IMG/VR virus record: IMGVR_UViG_3300018481_000005
Location: 1 to 61,795 of that record
Reading direction: 5' to 3' (one strand)
Source: a virus
Taxonomy: Duplodnaviria; Caudoviricetes
Length of the DNA stretch: 61,795 bases
Part shown: positions 27,961 through 37,831 of the stretch, piece after piece
How positions within the stretch are numbered: the first letter of the stretch is position 1
How the letters are laid out: every line of letters begins with the position of its first letter
Made by a program: the position numbers and the translations under genes
Notes under the pieces: model-generated
Databases searched by the model: none
What the model saw: only the letters and a program-made list of their open reading frames with translations
What the model was told of the DNA's origin: nothing

Positions 27961-29216
27961 TGATGGACTCAACGTTGCACGTCGCACGCAACCAGAAGCT
28001 CATCGTCCCCGCCAAGGCGCTCTTGCGTGCAGACGCAGACGAGTTGTCGCACCTGAAGACTCTGGGATTCATCCCGGGGATGGAAGGTTCGGCGGAAGGC
28101 TTCAGTCAGGGTGGAGACGTCATCACGGCCACGCTCGATGGGCGAGACCTGAACGACGTCTGGGCAGAGTACATCCGTGCTCTGCAGTTGTACAACGCAC
28201 AGCGAGACCGCTTGACGGCGCAGTTGATCTTCCCCGTGAGCAAGATCATCGAGGACGTCATGCAAGGTGGAGACACCGTCAACTTCGAGGAAGCTTCGGA
28301 GTTCGGTGTTCCTCGCGGTGTGCGAACCGCACTCCCGACGTACTTCTCACTTGGATACAGCTTCAAGTGGTGGGACATCGGACTGCGGTTCACCTGGGAA
28401 TACCTCGCCGAGAGCGAGTCAACACAGGTGGACGCGCTGAACAACGAGATCCTGGAAGCTGACAACCGCAACGTCTTCACGGAAGTGCTGAAGGCGATCT
28501 TCAACAACACCACGCGGGTCGCGACCATCAAGGGTCAGAACTTCAACGTGTTCCCGCTGTACAACGCGGACAGCACCGTTCCTCCGCGCTACAAGAACAC
28601 GATCCATACTGCACCCCACACGCACTACCTGACGTCGGGTGCAGCGACGGTCGACCCTGGTGACCTGACGGGAACCGGATCGGTCGAGGAACACCTGAAG
28701 CACCACGGTTATGGTTGGCAGCAAGGGACGGCGATGTTGCTGCTCGTGAACTCTGCGCAGATGGCAACGATCCGCACGTTCCGAGCAGGTGTGTCAGGAG
28801 CGGAGTTCGACTTCATCTCCGCTCAGGGCATCCCGGATTGGGCGTTGACGACAGCGGACATCGCTGCTCAGCTCGATCGCCCAGCGGCTGCGCCGCCCAA
28901 CTCGTTCCGTGGGATGCAAGTGCAAGGTCGGTACGGTCCTTGGCTCGTGATCGAGGAAGACCTGATCCCTGCTGGCTACTTGCTCGGACTCGCCTCTGGC
29001 GGAGAAGAGAACGCAGCCAACGTCGTCGGTCTCCGCGAACACACCAACGCCGGACTGCGCGGTCTGCGACTCGTGAAGGGTCCGCAGCCGGACTACCCGC
29101 TCGTCGAGAGCTACTACCAGCGTGGCTTCGGCACAGGTGTCCGTCAGCGTGGTGCAGCGGCAGTGATGAAGATCACGGCAGGCGCGTACTCAATCCCGAC
29201 TGGGCTGACGTACTAG
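27957..29216 (+). CDS. Major capsid protein
   Basis: 419 aa in the canonical position; FEEASEFG and RGFGTGVRQRGAA motifs seen in actinophage capsids. Confidence 0.88.
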   Translation: MMMDSTLHVARNQKLIVPAKALLRADADELSHLKTLGFIPGMEGSAEGFSQGGDVITATLDGRDLNDVWAEYIRALQLYNAQRDRLTAQLIFPVSKIIEDVMQGGDTVNFEEASEFGVPRGVRTALPTYFSLGYSFKWWDIGLRFTWEYLAESESTQVDALNNEILEADNRNVFTEVLKAIFNNTTRVATIKGQNFNVFPLYNADSTVPPRYKNTIHTAPHTHYLTSGAATVDPGDLTGTGSVEEHLKHHGYGWQQGTAMLLLVNSAQMATIRTFRAGVSGAEFDFISAQGIPDWALTTADIAAQLDRPAAAPPNSFRGMQVQGRYGPWLVIEEDLIPAGYLLGLASGGEENAANVVGLREHTNAGLRGLRLVKGPQPDYPLVESYYQRGFGTGVRQRGAAAVMKITAGAYSIPTGLTY

Positions 29217-29228
29217 GAGGTGGAGTGA

Positions 29229-29612
29229 ATGTCGATCAACATCGCAGAGAAGATCGCGAACGATGAGACCTTGTCGGAAGACGAGATCAAGTACGCGGTC
29301 GATCGGGGCATGGCACTCCCCGAGGAGTACGACGAACAGGTGGGAACCGTGCAAGCGGCAATGGACCCGACGGGTCGTCCGCTCGCGCCGGTCGCTCAGA
29401 CCGGACCCGCGTATGAGCAACCTGCTCAGGACATGGGGCCAGGAGTCTTCCTCAGCGACGAAGACCTGGCGGCTCTGGACAAGGGAACGCTCGAGAAGAT
29501 CGGTGGCCTCGTCGGCGCTGAGCTGAGCGGAACCAAGGCAGAGATGATCGAGCAGTTGACCGGCTCGGAAGAGTCGGACGACAGCGACGAAGACGAAGGG
29601 GACGGTCAGTAG
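29229..29612 (+). CDS. Acidic protein with C-terminal HeH/Rho-N-like motif
   Basis: LDKGTLEKIG...GTKAEMIEQL. Confidence 0.65.
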   Translation: MSINIAEKIANDETLSEDEIKYAVDRGMALPEEYDEQVGTVQAAMDPTGRPLAPVAQTGPAYEQPAQDMGPGVFLSDEDLAALDKGTLEKIGGLVGAELSGTKAEMIEQLTGSEESDDSDEDEGDGQ

Positions 29613-29613
29613 A

Positions 29614-29940
29614 ATGGCCGACGTCACTGAGGTCGCGGAGGTTCGCAAGAACACCGACGAGCCAGATGAGGACCCATACGGTGATCTGTACATCGATGGT
29701 CTCATTGACGCTCTTGGTGTTGCTGGAGCCTCCGCGACCTTGTGGCGAAAGAAGGCTGCGAGCTATGCGAAGATGGTGAACGTGCAAGAAGCAGGGAGCT
29801 CGCATGCTTTCAGCGACCTACTGAAGAACGCACTTCAGATGGTCGACGTTTGGCAGTCTTCGTCCGACGCGGAAGCCGAGATCGCAGGTGCGAGTGGTCG
29901 CGCCGTCGTGAAGGTGATCATCCGTGACGATGACATCTGA
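29614..29940 (+). CDS. Head-to-tail adaptor
   Basis: Position; LWRKKAASYA..VNVQEAGSS pattern. Confidence 0.7.
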   Translation: MADVTEVAEVRKNTDEPDEDPYGDLYIDGLIDALGVAGASATLWRKKAASYAKMVNVQEAGSSHAFSDLLKNALQMVDVWQSSSDAEAEIAGASGRAVVKVIIRDDDI

Positions 29941-30286
29941 CCTGCACGACTTCCAGACCGAGAACTTCATCTCGGTTGATCCTGTGCAGATGGTCTTCCA
30001 CCGACAGGTGCTTGAATCCGATGGTGCAGGTGGAAAGCGTGTGGCGAGTCACTCCGACCTTCTCCAGCAGCGCGTAAGGGTGATTGGCCAGACGCAGGTG
30101 CGCACGCTCGTCACGCCTGACGGTCGTCAGGTGACACTTGACAAGGTAGTCATCGGGACACGTGGCATGGACGTGCAAGCAGGCGACGAGTGGGAGTGGA
30201 AGGGCGACACGTACGAAGTCGTTCATGTGCAGCGCGATCCGAACTGGCGCGTGCTTGCCGAGTCAACGAAGCGCGGAGCGGTGTGA
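29924..30286 (+). CDS. Head-to-tail stopper
   Basis: Position; beta-rich with DVQAGD..YEV. Confidence 0.65.
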   Translation: MTMTSDLHDFQTENFISVDPVQMVFHRQVLESDGAGGKRVASHSDLLQQRVRVIGQTQVRTLVTPDGRQVTLDKVVIGTRGMDVQAGDEWEWKGDTYEVVHVQRDPNWRVLAESTKRGAV

Positions 30287-30648
30287 TGGCTGGAGCGACC
30301 CGCCTCGTCATCACGTCTGACACGTTGACCACCGGACTGAAGGAGTTCCCCGAGAAGCTTGACCGTGCGGTCTCGTCGACGATGGACTACTTCGCACCAC
30401 GCATCGAGGCGACCGCACGTTCCAACGCTCCGTGGCAGGACCAGACAGGGAACGCGAGGAACCTACTCGCTGCACGGACGGAGCATGTGCCTGGGACGCG
30501 TCACGCGATCATCTTGTCGCATGGTGTTCCTTACGGCATCTGGCTGGAAGTCCGATTCGAGGGACGGTACGCGATCGTCACTCCGACCATTCAAGAGCAG
30601 GGACCGATCGTGATGGCTCTCCTGAGTCGTCTGTTCGCGAGGATGTGA
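30286..30648 (+). CDS. Neck/tail-completion protein (HK97 gp10-like)
   Basis: NAPWQDQTGNAR and YGIWLE motifs. Confidence 0.8.
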   Translation: MAGATRLVITSDTLTTGLKEFPEKLDRAVSSTMDYFAPRIEATARSNAPWQDQTGNARNLLAARTEHVPGTRHAIILSHGVPYGIWLEVRFEGRYAIVTPTIQEQGPIVMALLSRLFARM

Positions 30649-30649
30649 C

Positions 30650-31051
30650 ATGGTTGACTGGCGCACATGGGTCTATGACAAGCTGTCGTCAGAGGTGGCT
30701 GTCACGACGCTTGTACCTGCGACGCGCATCTTCAGCACGCTCAGCGTTGACGACACGCCTGACGTCAAGCCATTCATCGTCATCCGCATGGGGACAGACC
30801 GTGATGAGCTTGCGCAAGAGGATGAAGGACACAGCGCTGGTTCGCACGAATGCGCCATCTGGGTTCACGATGACCCCATCGGTTACACGGGGATCGACGC
30901 AGTGATCGAGGCGATCAAGGATTCCATGCGTGATGTTGACGGTCAAGACGTCATCGCTGCGCGGTGGAACGGAGACAGCGGCGACCTTGCCGATGATCTT
31001 CGCGGCACGGTTGTCCGCACGACGAACTTCCGATTGGTTGGAAGGAGGTAG
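30650..31051 (+). CDS. Tail terminator
   Basis: Position before major tail; RIF...PFIVI pattern. Confidence 0.7.
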   Translation: MVDWRTWVYDKLSSEVAVTTLVPATRIFSTLSVDDTPDVKPFIVIRMGTDRDELAQEDEGHSAGSHECAIWVHDDPIGYTGIDAVIEAIKDSMRDVDGQDVIAARWNGDSGDLADDLRGTVVRTTNFRLVGRR

Positions 31052-31054
31052 CAG

Positions 31055-31363
31055 ATGTTCGTTCAGTACGTAGGTCCGTCAGACGTCCGCACGATCACGG
31101 CGGATGACTGGAAGACAGTCGACGAAGGACGAGGTGGTCCCGTCGAGAACGACACGGTGACATGGGACGGTGACAACCTGTTCATCGCGGAAGTGACCGA
31201 TGCAGCCGGAGAATGGTTGGTCCGTTACGACCCGGAGTTCAAGGTTGCACCGCCAGCCGCAGTCGAGGATCAACTCGAGGAGGAAGCGGAAGAGATCCTC
31301 GAGGAAGAAGAAGCAGCGGCGGAGGATGCACCTGCGCCGAAGAAGACGTCGAAGAAGGCATGA
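31055..31363 (+). CDS. Hypothetical virion-module protein
   Basis: GAAGGAGG RBS; acidic then basic tail. Confidence 0.7.
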   Translation: MFVQYVGPSDVRTITADDWKTVDEGRGGPVENDTVTWDGDNLFIAEVTDAAGEWLVRYDPEFKVAPPAAVEDQLEEEAEEILEEEEAAAEDAPAPKKTSKKA

Positions 31364-31590
31364 TGGAACTACGTTGCGAGCACACCATGCACGGCATCGT
31401 CGAGGAGAACGTTCTCGAGGTCAAGTGCAAGAACAATCTGTGTGGCGCTCGCAGCGGAGTGATCGTGCTGCATCGCTTCGACATCACGACAGGAACGCTT
31501 CTGTCAACCAACAAGTACAAGGACCCCATGAAGAAGGAGGTGAAAGCTAGTGGCTCTCGCAACCAACTCGCTGCCGTTCGGACTGCGTGA
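31360..31590 (+). CDS. Small Cys/His zinc-binding protein
   Basis: ELRC...HG...EVKC...CG...LHRF. Confidence 0.65.
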   Translation: MMELRCEHTMHGIVEENVLEVKCKNNLCGARSGVIVLHRFDITTGTLLSTNKYKDPMKKEVKASGSRNQLAAVRTA

Positions 31591-32086
31591 CGTCAAGCTG
31601 CGTGCTCTCGACGCGCTCGGAGAAAGTCCTGGTGCATCGGTAGACCTGCCAGCAGGTCGCACGTTGACGTTCGCTGAAGCCGAGGACTTCGAGGAACTGC
31701 GCGGTGATGACATCGTCGTCGCTTCGCACGGAGCAGGTCCTTCGGTCGAGTGGAACTTGGAGTCGGGCGGCATCTCGCTCGATGCATACAAGTTGCTCGC
31801 AGGCGGAACGGTGACGACGTCAGGTGTCACGCCGAACCTGAAGAAGACCTATGCCAAGAAAGGCACGGACGCTCGTCCGTACGTGCAGATCGAGGGACAG
31901 GTCATCTCAGACAGCGGTGGTGACATGCACGCCGTCATCTACAAGGCGAAGGTGGACGGTTCGATCGGCGGAGAGTTCGCAGACGGTCAGTTCTGGTTGA
32001 CCGGAGCGGACGGACACGGATTCCCGAACGCTGCCGACAAGCTGTACGACTTCGTCCAGAACGAAACCGCAGTCGCCATCACGTAA
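31550..32086 (+). CDS. Major tail protein
   Basis: LPFGLRDVKL start; upstream of chaperones and tape measure; AAGGAGGTG RBS. Confidence 0.85.
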   Translation: MALATNSLPFGLRDVKLRALDALGESPGASVDLPAGRTLTFAEAEDFEELRGDDIVVASHGAGPSVEWNLESGGISLDAYKLLAGGTVTTSGVTPNLKKTYAKKGTDARPYVQIEGQVISDSGGDMHAVIYKAKVDGSIGGEFADGQFWLTGADGHGFPNAADKLYDFVQNETAVAIT

Positions 32087-32102
32087 GACAGAGGAGAACA
32101 CG

Positions 32103-32651
32103 ATGGAGCCCACTGAGGCCACAACCGCAAGCGAATGGAAGCGGGGACAAGGAAGACCCTGTCGCGTTCGCAGCGGCAACATCGCACTAGTCCGGCCCTT
32201 CGACCCAGCGGTGTTCCTGTCGTCGGGTCGCGTCCCCAACCTTCTACTCCCGATGCTCGAGGACATGCTCAAGCATCACGAAGGCGGAAAGCGAATCGAG
32301 GTTGACAGCATGGCTCGTGTCGAAGCGGCGATGGACCTGATCGACGCGGTCGTTGTGGAGTACACGGCAGAGCCACAGGTGTATCCCGTTCCGACGGGCT
32401 GTCAGCAGTGTCAACGAACGCTCGTTGAGCATGACGAACAGGATCATGATTTCGTACCGACACCGCGTGATCCCGACAAGCTGTACGTCGACCAGATCGA
32501 CATGGACGACAAGATCGACGTCTACGAGTTCGCGCTGTCGGAGGCTGCGCCGCTCATTCCGTTTCCTGAAGAACCTGAGGGAAGTGTGGACGCTGTACAA
32601 CGTGGCGAAGGAACTGTCGACACGACCGAGCGACCTGTTCGGAGTGCGTGA
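32103..32651 (+). CDS. Tail assembly chaperone (G)
   Basis: Between major tail and tape measure. Confidence 0.8.
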   Translation: MEPTEATTASEWKRGQGRPCRVRSGNIALVRPFDPAVFLSSGRVPNLLLPMLEDMLKHHEGGKRIEVDSMARVEAAMDLIDAVVVEYTAEPQVYPVPTGCQQCQRTLVEHDEQDHDFVPTPRDPDKLYVDQIDMDDKIDVYEFALSEAAPLIPFPEEPEGSVDAVQRGEGTVDTTERPVRSA

Positions 32652-32841
32652 TCCGTATGCTCGTTTCGTCTTCGATGAGTGCGTTGTCTTCGTCGGAGGA
32701 TACGTGTCGACCGAGTTGCAGAACGTCAAGGGCAAGAAGGAAGAACAACGTGCCGCTGCAAGGAAGAGACTGTTGATCCGACTACTTGACGGACCCGAGG
32801 CACCTGGTCAGTTCGCTGATCCGGCGCAGAAGAGGACCTGA
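32563..32841 (+). CDS. Tail assembly chaperone extension (T), probably reached by +1 frameshift
   Basis: Overlapping +1 frame FLKNLREVW...FADPAQKRT ending at the tape measure start; TTT-C at 32562-32565. Confidence 0.7.
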   Translation, partial: FLKNLREVWTLYNVAKELSTRPSDLFGVRDPYARFVFDECVVFVGGYVSTELQNVKGKKEEQRAAARKRLLIRLLDGPEAPGQFADPAQKRT

Positions 32842-35465
32842 TGGCTGACTACGATCTTGGTCGTGCAGAAGGACGCGTAGAGATCGACACGTCCGGCGTT
32901 CGCAAGGCGACCGCTGACATGAGCACGTTCAGCGGCACCATGTCGAAGTCGTTGCAGACGGTCGGAAGCAAGATGACGAGCGCTGGTCGCACGATGACCA
33001 CTCACGTCACGCTTCCGCTTCTCGGTATCGCAGCCGCAGGAATCAAGACAGCGAGCGACTTCGAGAAGTCCATGAACACCATGGCCGCTGTCGCACAGGT
33101 TCCCGCTGCAGAACTCGCGAAGTTGCGCAAGCTCGCGATCGATCTCGGTGCGAAGACTGTCTTCAGCGCGAACGAGGCGGCTCAGGCACAGCTTGAACTA
33201 GCGAAGGCAGGCATCAGCGTCTCCGACATCATGGGTGGCGCACTTGCCAACACGCTTGACCTTGCGACCGCTGGTGACCTAGACCTCGCGACGGCTGCGA
33301 CTGTCGCAGCGAATGCGATGAACGTGTTCGGTCTGTCAGGCAAGGAAAGCAAGGAAGCCGTTGACGCGCTGGCAGGTGCAGCGAACGCTTCGTCGGCTGA
33401 CGTTGACGACCTTGCACAAGCGCTCAGTCAGGGTGGTCTTGCAGCGGCGAACGCAGGCTTCAGCATCCAGGAGACGACAGCCATCCTCGGAGCGTTCGCG
33501 CAGAACGGACTGAGAGGGTCTGACGCAGGTACGTCATTGAAGACGATGCTGATCTCGTTGGTGCCAAGCACCGACAGAGCACGCGAGGCCATGAAGAAGT
33601 ATGGTCTCGACTTCATCGACGCACAGGGAGCGATCAAGGATGCTCCCGCTGTGTTCGACGAACTGCACGATAAGCTCGGCGACGTGTCACAGGCGGAACA
33701 GCAACTCGCACTGAAGACCATCTTCGGTACTGACGCGTTCCGTGCCGCTATCATCGCGACCAAGCTTGGTTCTGACGGGCTCGAGGTGTACACCGACGCG
33801 ACGAACAAGTCAGGCACCGCGTCAGAGGTTGCAGCGGGGAAGATGGAGGGACTGCCTGGTGTCCTTGAGCGACTGAAGGGAACCTTCGAAACGTTCCTGC
33901 TCACTGTCGGAGATCGCATCGCACCTGTTGTCGAACAACTCGCTGAGGAGATCGGCAAGCTGCTGACAGCGTTCACCGACCTACCGAAGCCGATGCAGGA
34001 GATGATCCTGAAGGCTCTCGCTGTCGCGGCAGTGATGGGTCCGTTGCTGCGCATCTTTGGTCCGATGGTGTCACTCGTTGGGAAGCTTGGCGGACTGTAC
34101 GGAGGACTCGCGACGAACCTTGGCAAGACAGCGTCTCAGGGTGCCGCTGCACAAGGCGCTCTTGGTTCGATGGCAGGAACGTTGAAGTCACTCGGCACAG
34201 GTGCATTGATCGCGGGAGGAACGATCCTCGCTGGTCAGTTCATCCGCAACGCCATTCAGGCTGCGAACTGGAGTCCGGAGGACGTCGCGAACAAGCTCGT
34301 GACACCGCAACAGGTCGAGCAGATCTCTGAGCAGTTGAACAGCAAGTTCGGACACCTGTCGCTGACCGAGATCAACCCGTTCAAGACACGCTTCGACATC
34401 ACTGGCGACGCCGTGAAGGTGTACGGCGAGACGCTGAAGGAAGCGGTCAAGGCAGGCATCCCGATGGAGGAAGCGCAGCGACGTCTGAACCTCGCATTCG
34501 ACGATCTCGTGCCGACGCTTGGTGGCGTCAACGGCAACATGGATACGTGGCGAGAGAACTTGCGTCAGTCGATCGGTCTGACCGTAGATGCTGATGGCGT
34601 GACACGCATCTACTCGCAGTCGCTGTTGGACACGTCACAGGCACAGGCAACGTTTGGTCAGATCGTCGGGTTCAGCGCCGAACAGAACACGAAGGCAGGG
34701 AACAAGCTCGCCGCTCTAGTCAACGGCTACACGAACATGGTCGGACCGATCGACTCAACGACAACGGCGATGCTCAACAACTTGGTTCAGATGGGTGACT
34801 ACCAAGCAGCGATCAAACTGCTCAACGATGAGCTGAACAAGAACACGCGTGGCATGCTTCACAACTTGGAAGTCACCAATCGTCATGCAGGTGCAGAGCG
34901 AGAAGCTGACGCGGCACAGCGACAGCGCGGTGCAAGCATGGCGGCGACGACCGAGCAGACGCAACGTGCAGGCGAAGAGACGAACGCTTACAAGCGTTAT
35001 CTCGACTCGCTCCCGAAGTCCGTCAGGACGCAGGTCATCGCGGAGACGGAAGCCGCACGGCGAGCGATCGAGCAGGTCGCGACATCACTCAATGGACTGC
35101 CGTCAACCAAGGTCATCAACATCCAGCTGAACCGTGAAGGATGGCCCGGTCGCGCATCGGGCGGTCCTGTGGAACGTGACGCTCCCTACATCATCGGTGA
35201 GCAGGGTCCAGAGTTGTTCATCCCGTGGACGTCAGGACGCGTGATCCCCAATCACGTCGTGCGTTCCGTGTCGCGTCAGACCGACCGAATGGAGCACATC
35301 GCTACGTCGCACAGCGGACAGGCTGTCGGGTCGTCCAAGGGGATGCGTATCTCAGGAACGTTGCAGACACCGTTCGGTCCGTCACACATCGACGGCATGA
35401 TCGAGGATGCGATCGGAGAGCATGAAGGGTTCAACCGACGACTGGCGAGGATGAAGCACTCATGA
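32841..35465 (+). CDS. Tape measure protein (TP901-like core)
   Basis: 874 aa helical Ala-rich; FSANEAAQA, GSDAGTSLK, IFGTDA, RASGG..IGEQGPELF. Confidence 0.95.
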   Translation: MADYDLGRAEGRVEIDTSGVRKATADMSTFSGTMSKSLQTVGSKMTSAGRTMTTHVTLPLLGIAAAGIKTASDFEKSMNTMAAVAQVPAAELAKLRKLAIDLGAKTVFSANEAAQAQLELAKAGISVSDIMGGALANTLDLATAGDLDLATAATVAANAMNVFGLSGKESKEAVDALAGAANASSADVDDLAQALSQGGLAAANAGFSIQETTAILGAFAQNGLRGSDAGTSLKTMLISLVPSTDRAREAMKKYGLDFIDAQGAIKDAPAVFDELHDKLGDVSQAEQQLALKTIFGTDAFRAAIIATKLGSDGLEVYTDATNKSGTASEVAAGKMEGLPGVLERLKGTFETFLLTVGDRIAPVVEQLAEEIGKLLTAFTDLPKPMQEMILKALAVAAVMGPLLRIFGPMVSLVGKLGGLYGGLATNLGKTASQGAAAQGALGSMAGTLKSLGTGALIAGGTILAGQFIRNAIQAANWSPEDVANKLVTPQQVEQISEQLNSKFGHLSLTEINPFKTRFDITGDAVKVYGETLKEAVKAGIPMEEAQRRLNLAFDDLVPTLGGVNGNMDTWRENLRQSIGLTVDADGVTRIYSQSLLDTSQAQATFGQIVGFSAEQNTKAGNKLAALVNGYTNMVGPIDSTTTAMLNNLVQMGDYQAAIKLLNDELNKNTRGMLHNLEVTNRHAGAEREADAAQRQRGASMAATTEQTQRAGEETNAYKRYLDSLPKSVRTQVIAETEAARRAIEQVATSLNGLPSTKVINIQLNREGWPGRASGGPVERDAPYIIGEQGPELFIPWTSGRVIPNHVVRSVSRQTDRMEHIATSHSGQAVGSSKGMRISGTLQTPFGPSHIDGMIEDAIGEHEGFNRRLARMKHS

Positions 35466-37831
35466 GTAACGTTTCCGCTGTCAAGGTACGTCTCGACACA
35501 TGGGCTGACGAAGCTGCACCGAATGTGAACAACGGTGAAGCGGCTCGCCTGCGGATCACTAACCTCGGAAGCAACCGTCGGTGGATATACCTGTTCGGTC
35601 CTCGCCCATTTCCCGTAGGCGCCACCGTAGTCAGCGCAACGCTCCGCCTGTTCGCAGGCAACGACTGGTCCGGTGGTCCGCACACGTTGACAGCCGACAG
35701 GATCAACCAAGCGTGGAAGGAAAGCGGACCCGGACACCTTGACTGGGCCGACCGACCGACGGTCGCAGGTGCATCGGCGACACGGGTCCTGTCTTCGAAC
35801 CCTGCCAACAAGGAAGCCGTCGACATCGACGTGACAACGATCCTGCAAGCCGCTGCGAACGGAAGCGCGTATCACGGCATCCGGCTTCAGATCGACACGA
35901 CGGGACAACGTTCGTTCTACAGCGCGGAGAACAAGGACTCGGATCTGACGCCACAGTTGATCGTGACGTGGGTCCTTGGTCCTGCACCGCCTTCCGACCT
36001 GTCACCAGCCGGTGACCTCTACGTCGGCACGTCGAAGCCTGCGATGACATGGGAGTTCGAGGACCAGGCGTCGTTCCAGTTTCAGCTTGATGACACAGCC
36101 GACCTGTCTTCACCTGTCTACGACAGCGGCGTCATCATGTCGTCGGAGTGGCAGATCGACCTGTCACGGCAGTTGATCCCGCTGCGCAACCAGACGGACG
36201 TGGAAGCAGCGCTCGGAGCGAACGAGATCGTTGCCATCCAGACCGCAGTGGTCGCACGGACAACGACAGCCGGAGAGTTCAACGAGGGAATCGCAGGTGT
36301 CAAGGCGACCGGACACGCGACCAACACGTTCTCCGGCTTGAACGTCGGTGCGTCAACTGGCTCAACCAACCTTCCGGCTGTCAGTCCGACCAAGCAGTAC
36401 GTCGCGTCGATGGACTTGAAGGGCATCAGCGGCACACCGACCGTCATGATCCGCTTGCGATGGACGGATGGTGCAGGAGCCGCGTTGTCGAACAGCGACT
36501 CGGCGTCGTTCGCTGTGACAGCGTCGTTCGCTCGGTACAACTTCAGCGCCATCGCACCTGCGTCAGCGGCGTTCGTCCGCGTGCAAGTGCTGTTCCCCGC
36601 TGCTGGCGCTGGTCAGATCTTCGTCGCTGACAGGTTCCTGTTCGAGGAAGGCGTCAATCCTGGCGCATGGTATCCGTCGTTCCAGCAGGTCGCGATCAGC
36701 GATGCTCAGCAGCGGTACTGGCGTGTCCGTGCGACGAACAACGATGGTGCGACGAGTGAGTGGTCCGACATCGCGTCGTTCTGGAAGATCAGCAAAGGTT
36801 CGCTCAGCATCACGAGTCCGACTGCACCGTTCGATGACACGTCGCCCGTCATCGTTCACTCGCTTGGTGGCGGCAGGACGCAAGCCGCTGTCCAGTACAT
36901 CGTCATCGACCCAACGAAGACCGCGTCAACCAACGACTTGTACAACGTGGTCTACAACAGCGGGAAGATCACGACGACGGCCACATCGTTCACACTGCCT
37001 GAGGGACTGTTCACCAAGACAGGTGTGACGTACAAGATCATCGTCCGCGTGTGGGACACGTACAACCGCGTCGCGACGTCAGGCGTCACGACCTACCTTG
37101 AGGTGACCCTGAGCAGCGCGTACGTCAAGAACGGCACGCCGACGGTCGTCAACACGTTGTCGCAGATCGCGACGAACGACCCTGGTGTGCTTCTTCAGTG
37201 GTCTCGGGCTGTACGACCTGACTACTTCGCTGTCACCGTTGACGGAGTCTACGTCGAGCAACGTCTCGATCCTGCGGTGCTTGAGACGTCTCCTGGCGGT
37301 AGCACCTACCGCTTCAAGCTGTGGACCATCCGTCCTGACGGAGCGAGTCACACGGTTGGTGTCGAAGCGGTGACGCTGTCGTCGGGCGAGTACATCAACA
37401 GCACAGGTGTCACCGTCAGCGTCACGAGCAGCACGAAGAACAAGTGGCTGGTCTGCGAGGGACTCGATCTCGCGACGGTCATCATCGGACCGACTGACCC
37501 TGACTTCGTGATCGGTGAAGACGGTGAAACGTTCTTCATCAAGGGTCGTCGCGCACCTGTACGCATCACCGACAGCATGCGTGGATACGAAGGCACCGTC
37601 GTTGGAGCGTTCGCCGACTACAAGAGCGTCACGGCTGAAGCATGGCGCAACATCTTCGAGTTGATCAAGGCTGACGAGAACCAGCATCCGCTGCGACTCA
37701 TCTGGCGCGACCAGAACATCGAGATCATCATGGGCGACGTTGACGGTCCGTCACCGCAGAAGGCAGGATGGATCGACGTCGGCTTCGCGTTCTGGCAGAC
37801 AGACGACTACACCTTCAAGGTCAAGAACTGA
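35462..37831 (+). CDS. Minor tail protein (distal-tail-like with inserted carbohydrate-binding/FN3-like domains)
   Basis: Follows tape measure; YWRVRA...SEWS FN3-like motif. Confidence 0.8.
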   Translation: MSNVSAVKVRLDTWADEAAPNVNNGEAARLRITNLGSNRRWIYLFGPRPFPVGATVVSATLRLFAGNDWSGGPHTLTADRINQAWKESGPGHLDWADRPTVAGASATRVLSSNPANKEAVDIDVTTILQAAANGSAYHGIRLQIDTTGQRSFYSAENKDSDLTPQLIVTWVLGPAPPSDLSPAGDLYVGTSKPAMTWEFEDQASFQFQLDDTADLSSPVYDSGVIMSSEWQIDLSRQLIPLRNQTDVEAALGANEIVAIQTAVVARTTTAGEFNEGIAGVKATGHATNTFSGLNVGASTGSTNLPAVSPTKQYVASMDLKGISGTPTVMIRLRWTDGAGAALSNSDSASFAVTASFARYNFSAIAPASAAFVRVQVLFPAAGAGQIFVADRFLFEEGVNPGAWYPSFQQVAISDAQQRYWRVRATNNDGATSEWSDIASFWKISKGSLSITSPTAPFDDTSPVIVHSLGGGRTQAAVQYIVIDPTKTASTNDLYNVVYNSGKITTTATSFTLPEGLFTKTGVTYKIIVRVWDTYNRVATSGVTTYLEVTLSSAYVKNGTPTVVNTLSQIATNDPGVLLQWSRAVRPDYFAVTVDGVYVEQRLDPAVLETSPGGSTYRFKLWTIRPDGASHTVGVEAVTLSSGEYINSTGVTVSVTSSTKNKWLVCEGLDLATVIIGPTDPDFVIGEDGETFFIKGRRAPVRITDSMRGYEGTVVGAFADYKSVTAEAWRNIFELIKADENQHPLRLIWRDQNIEIIMGDVDGPSPQKAGWIDVGFAFWQTDDYTFKVKN

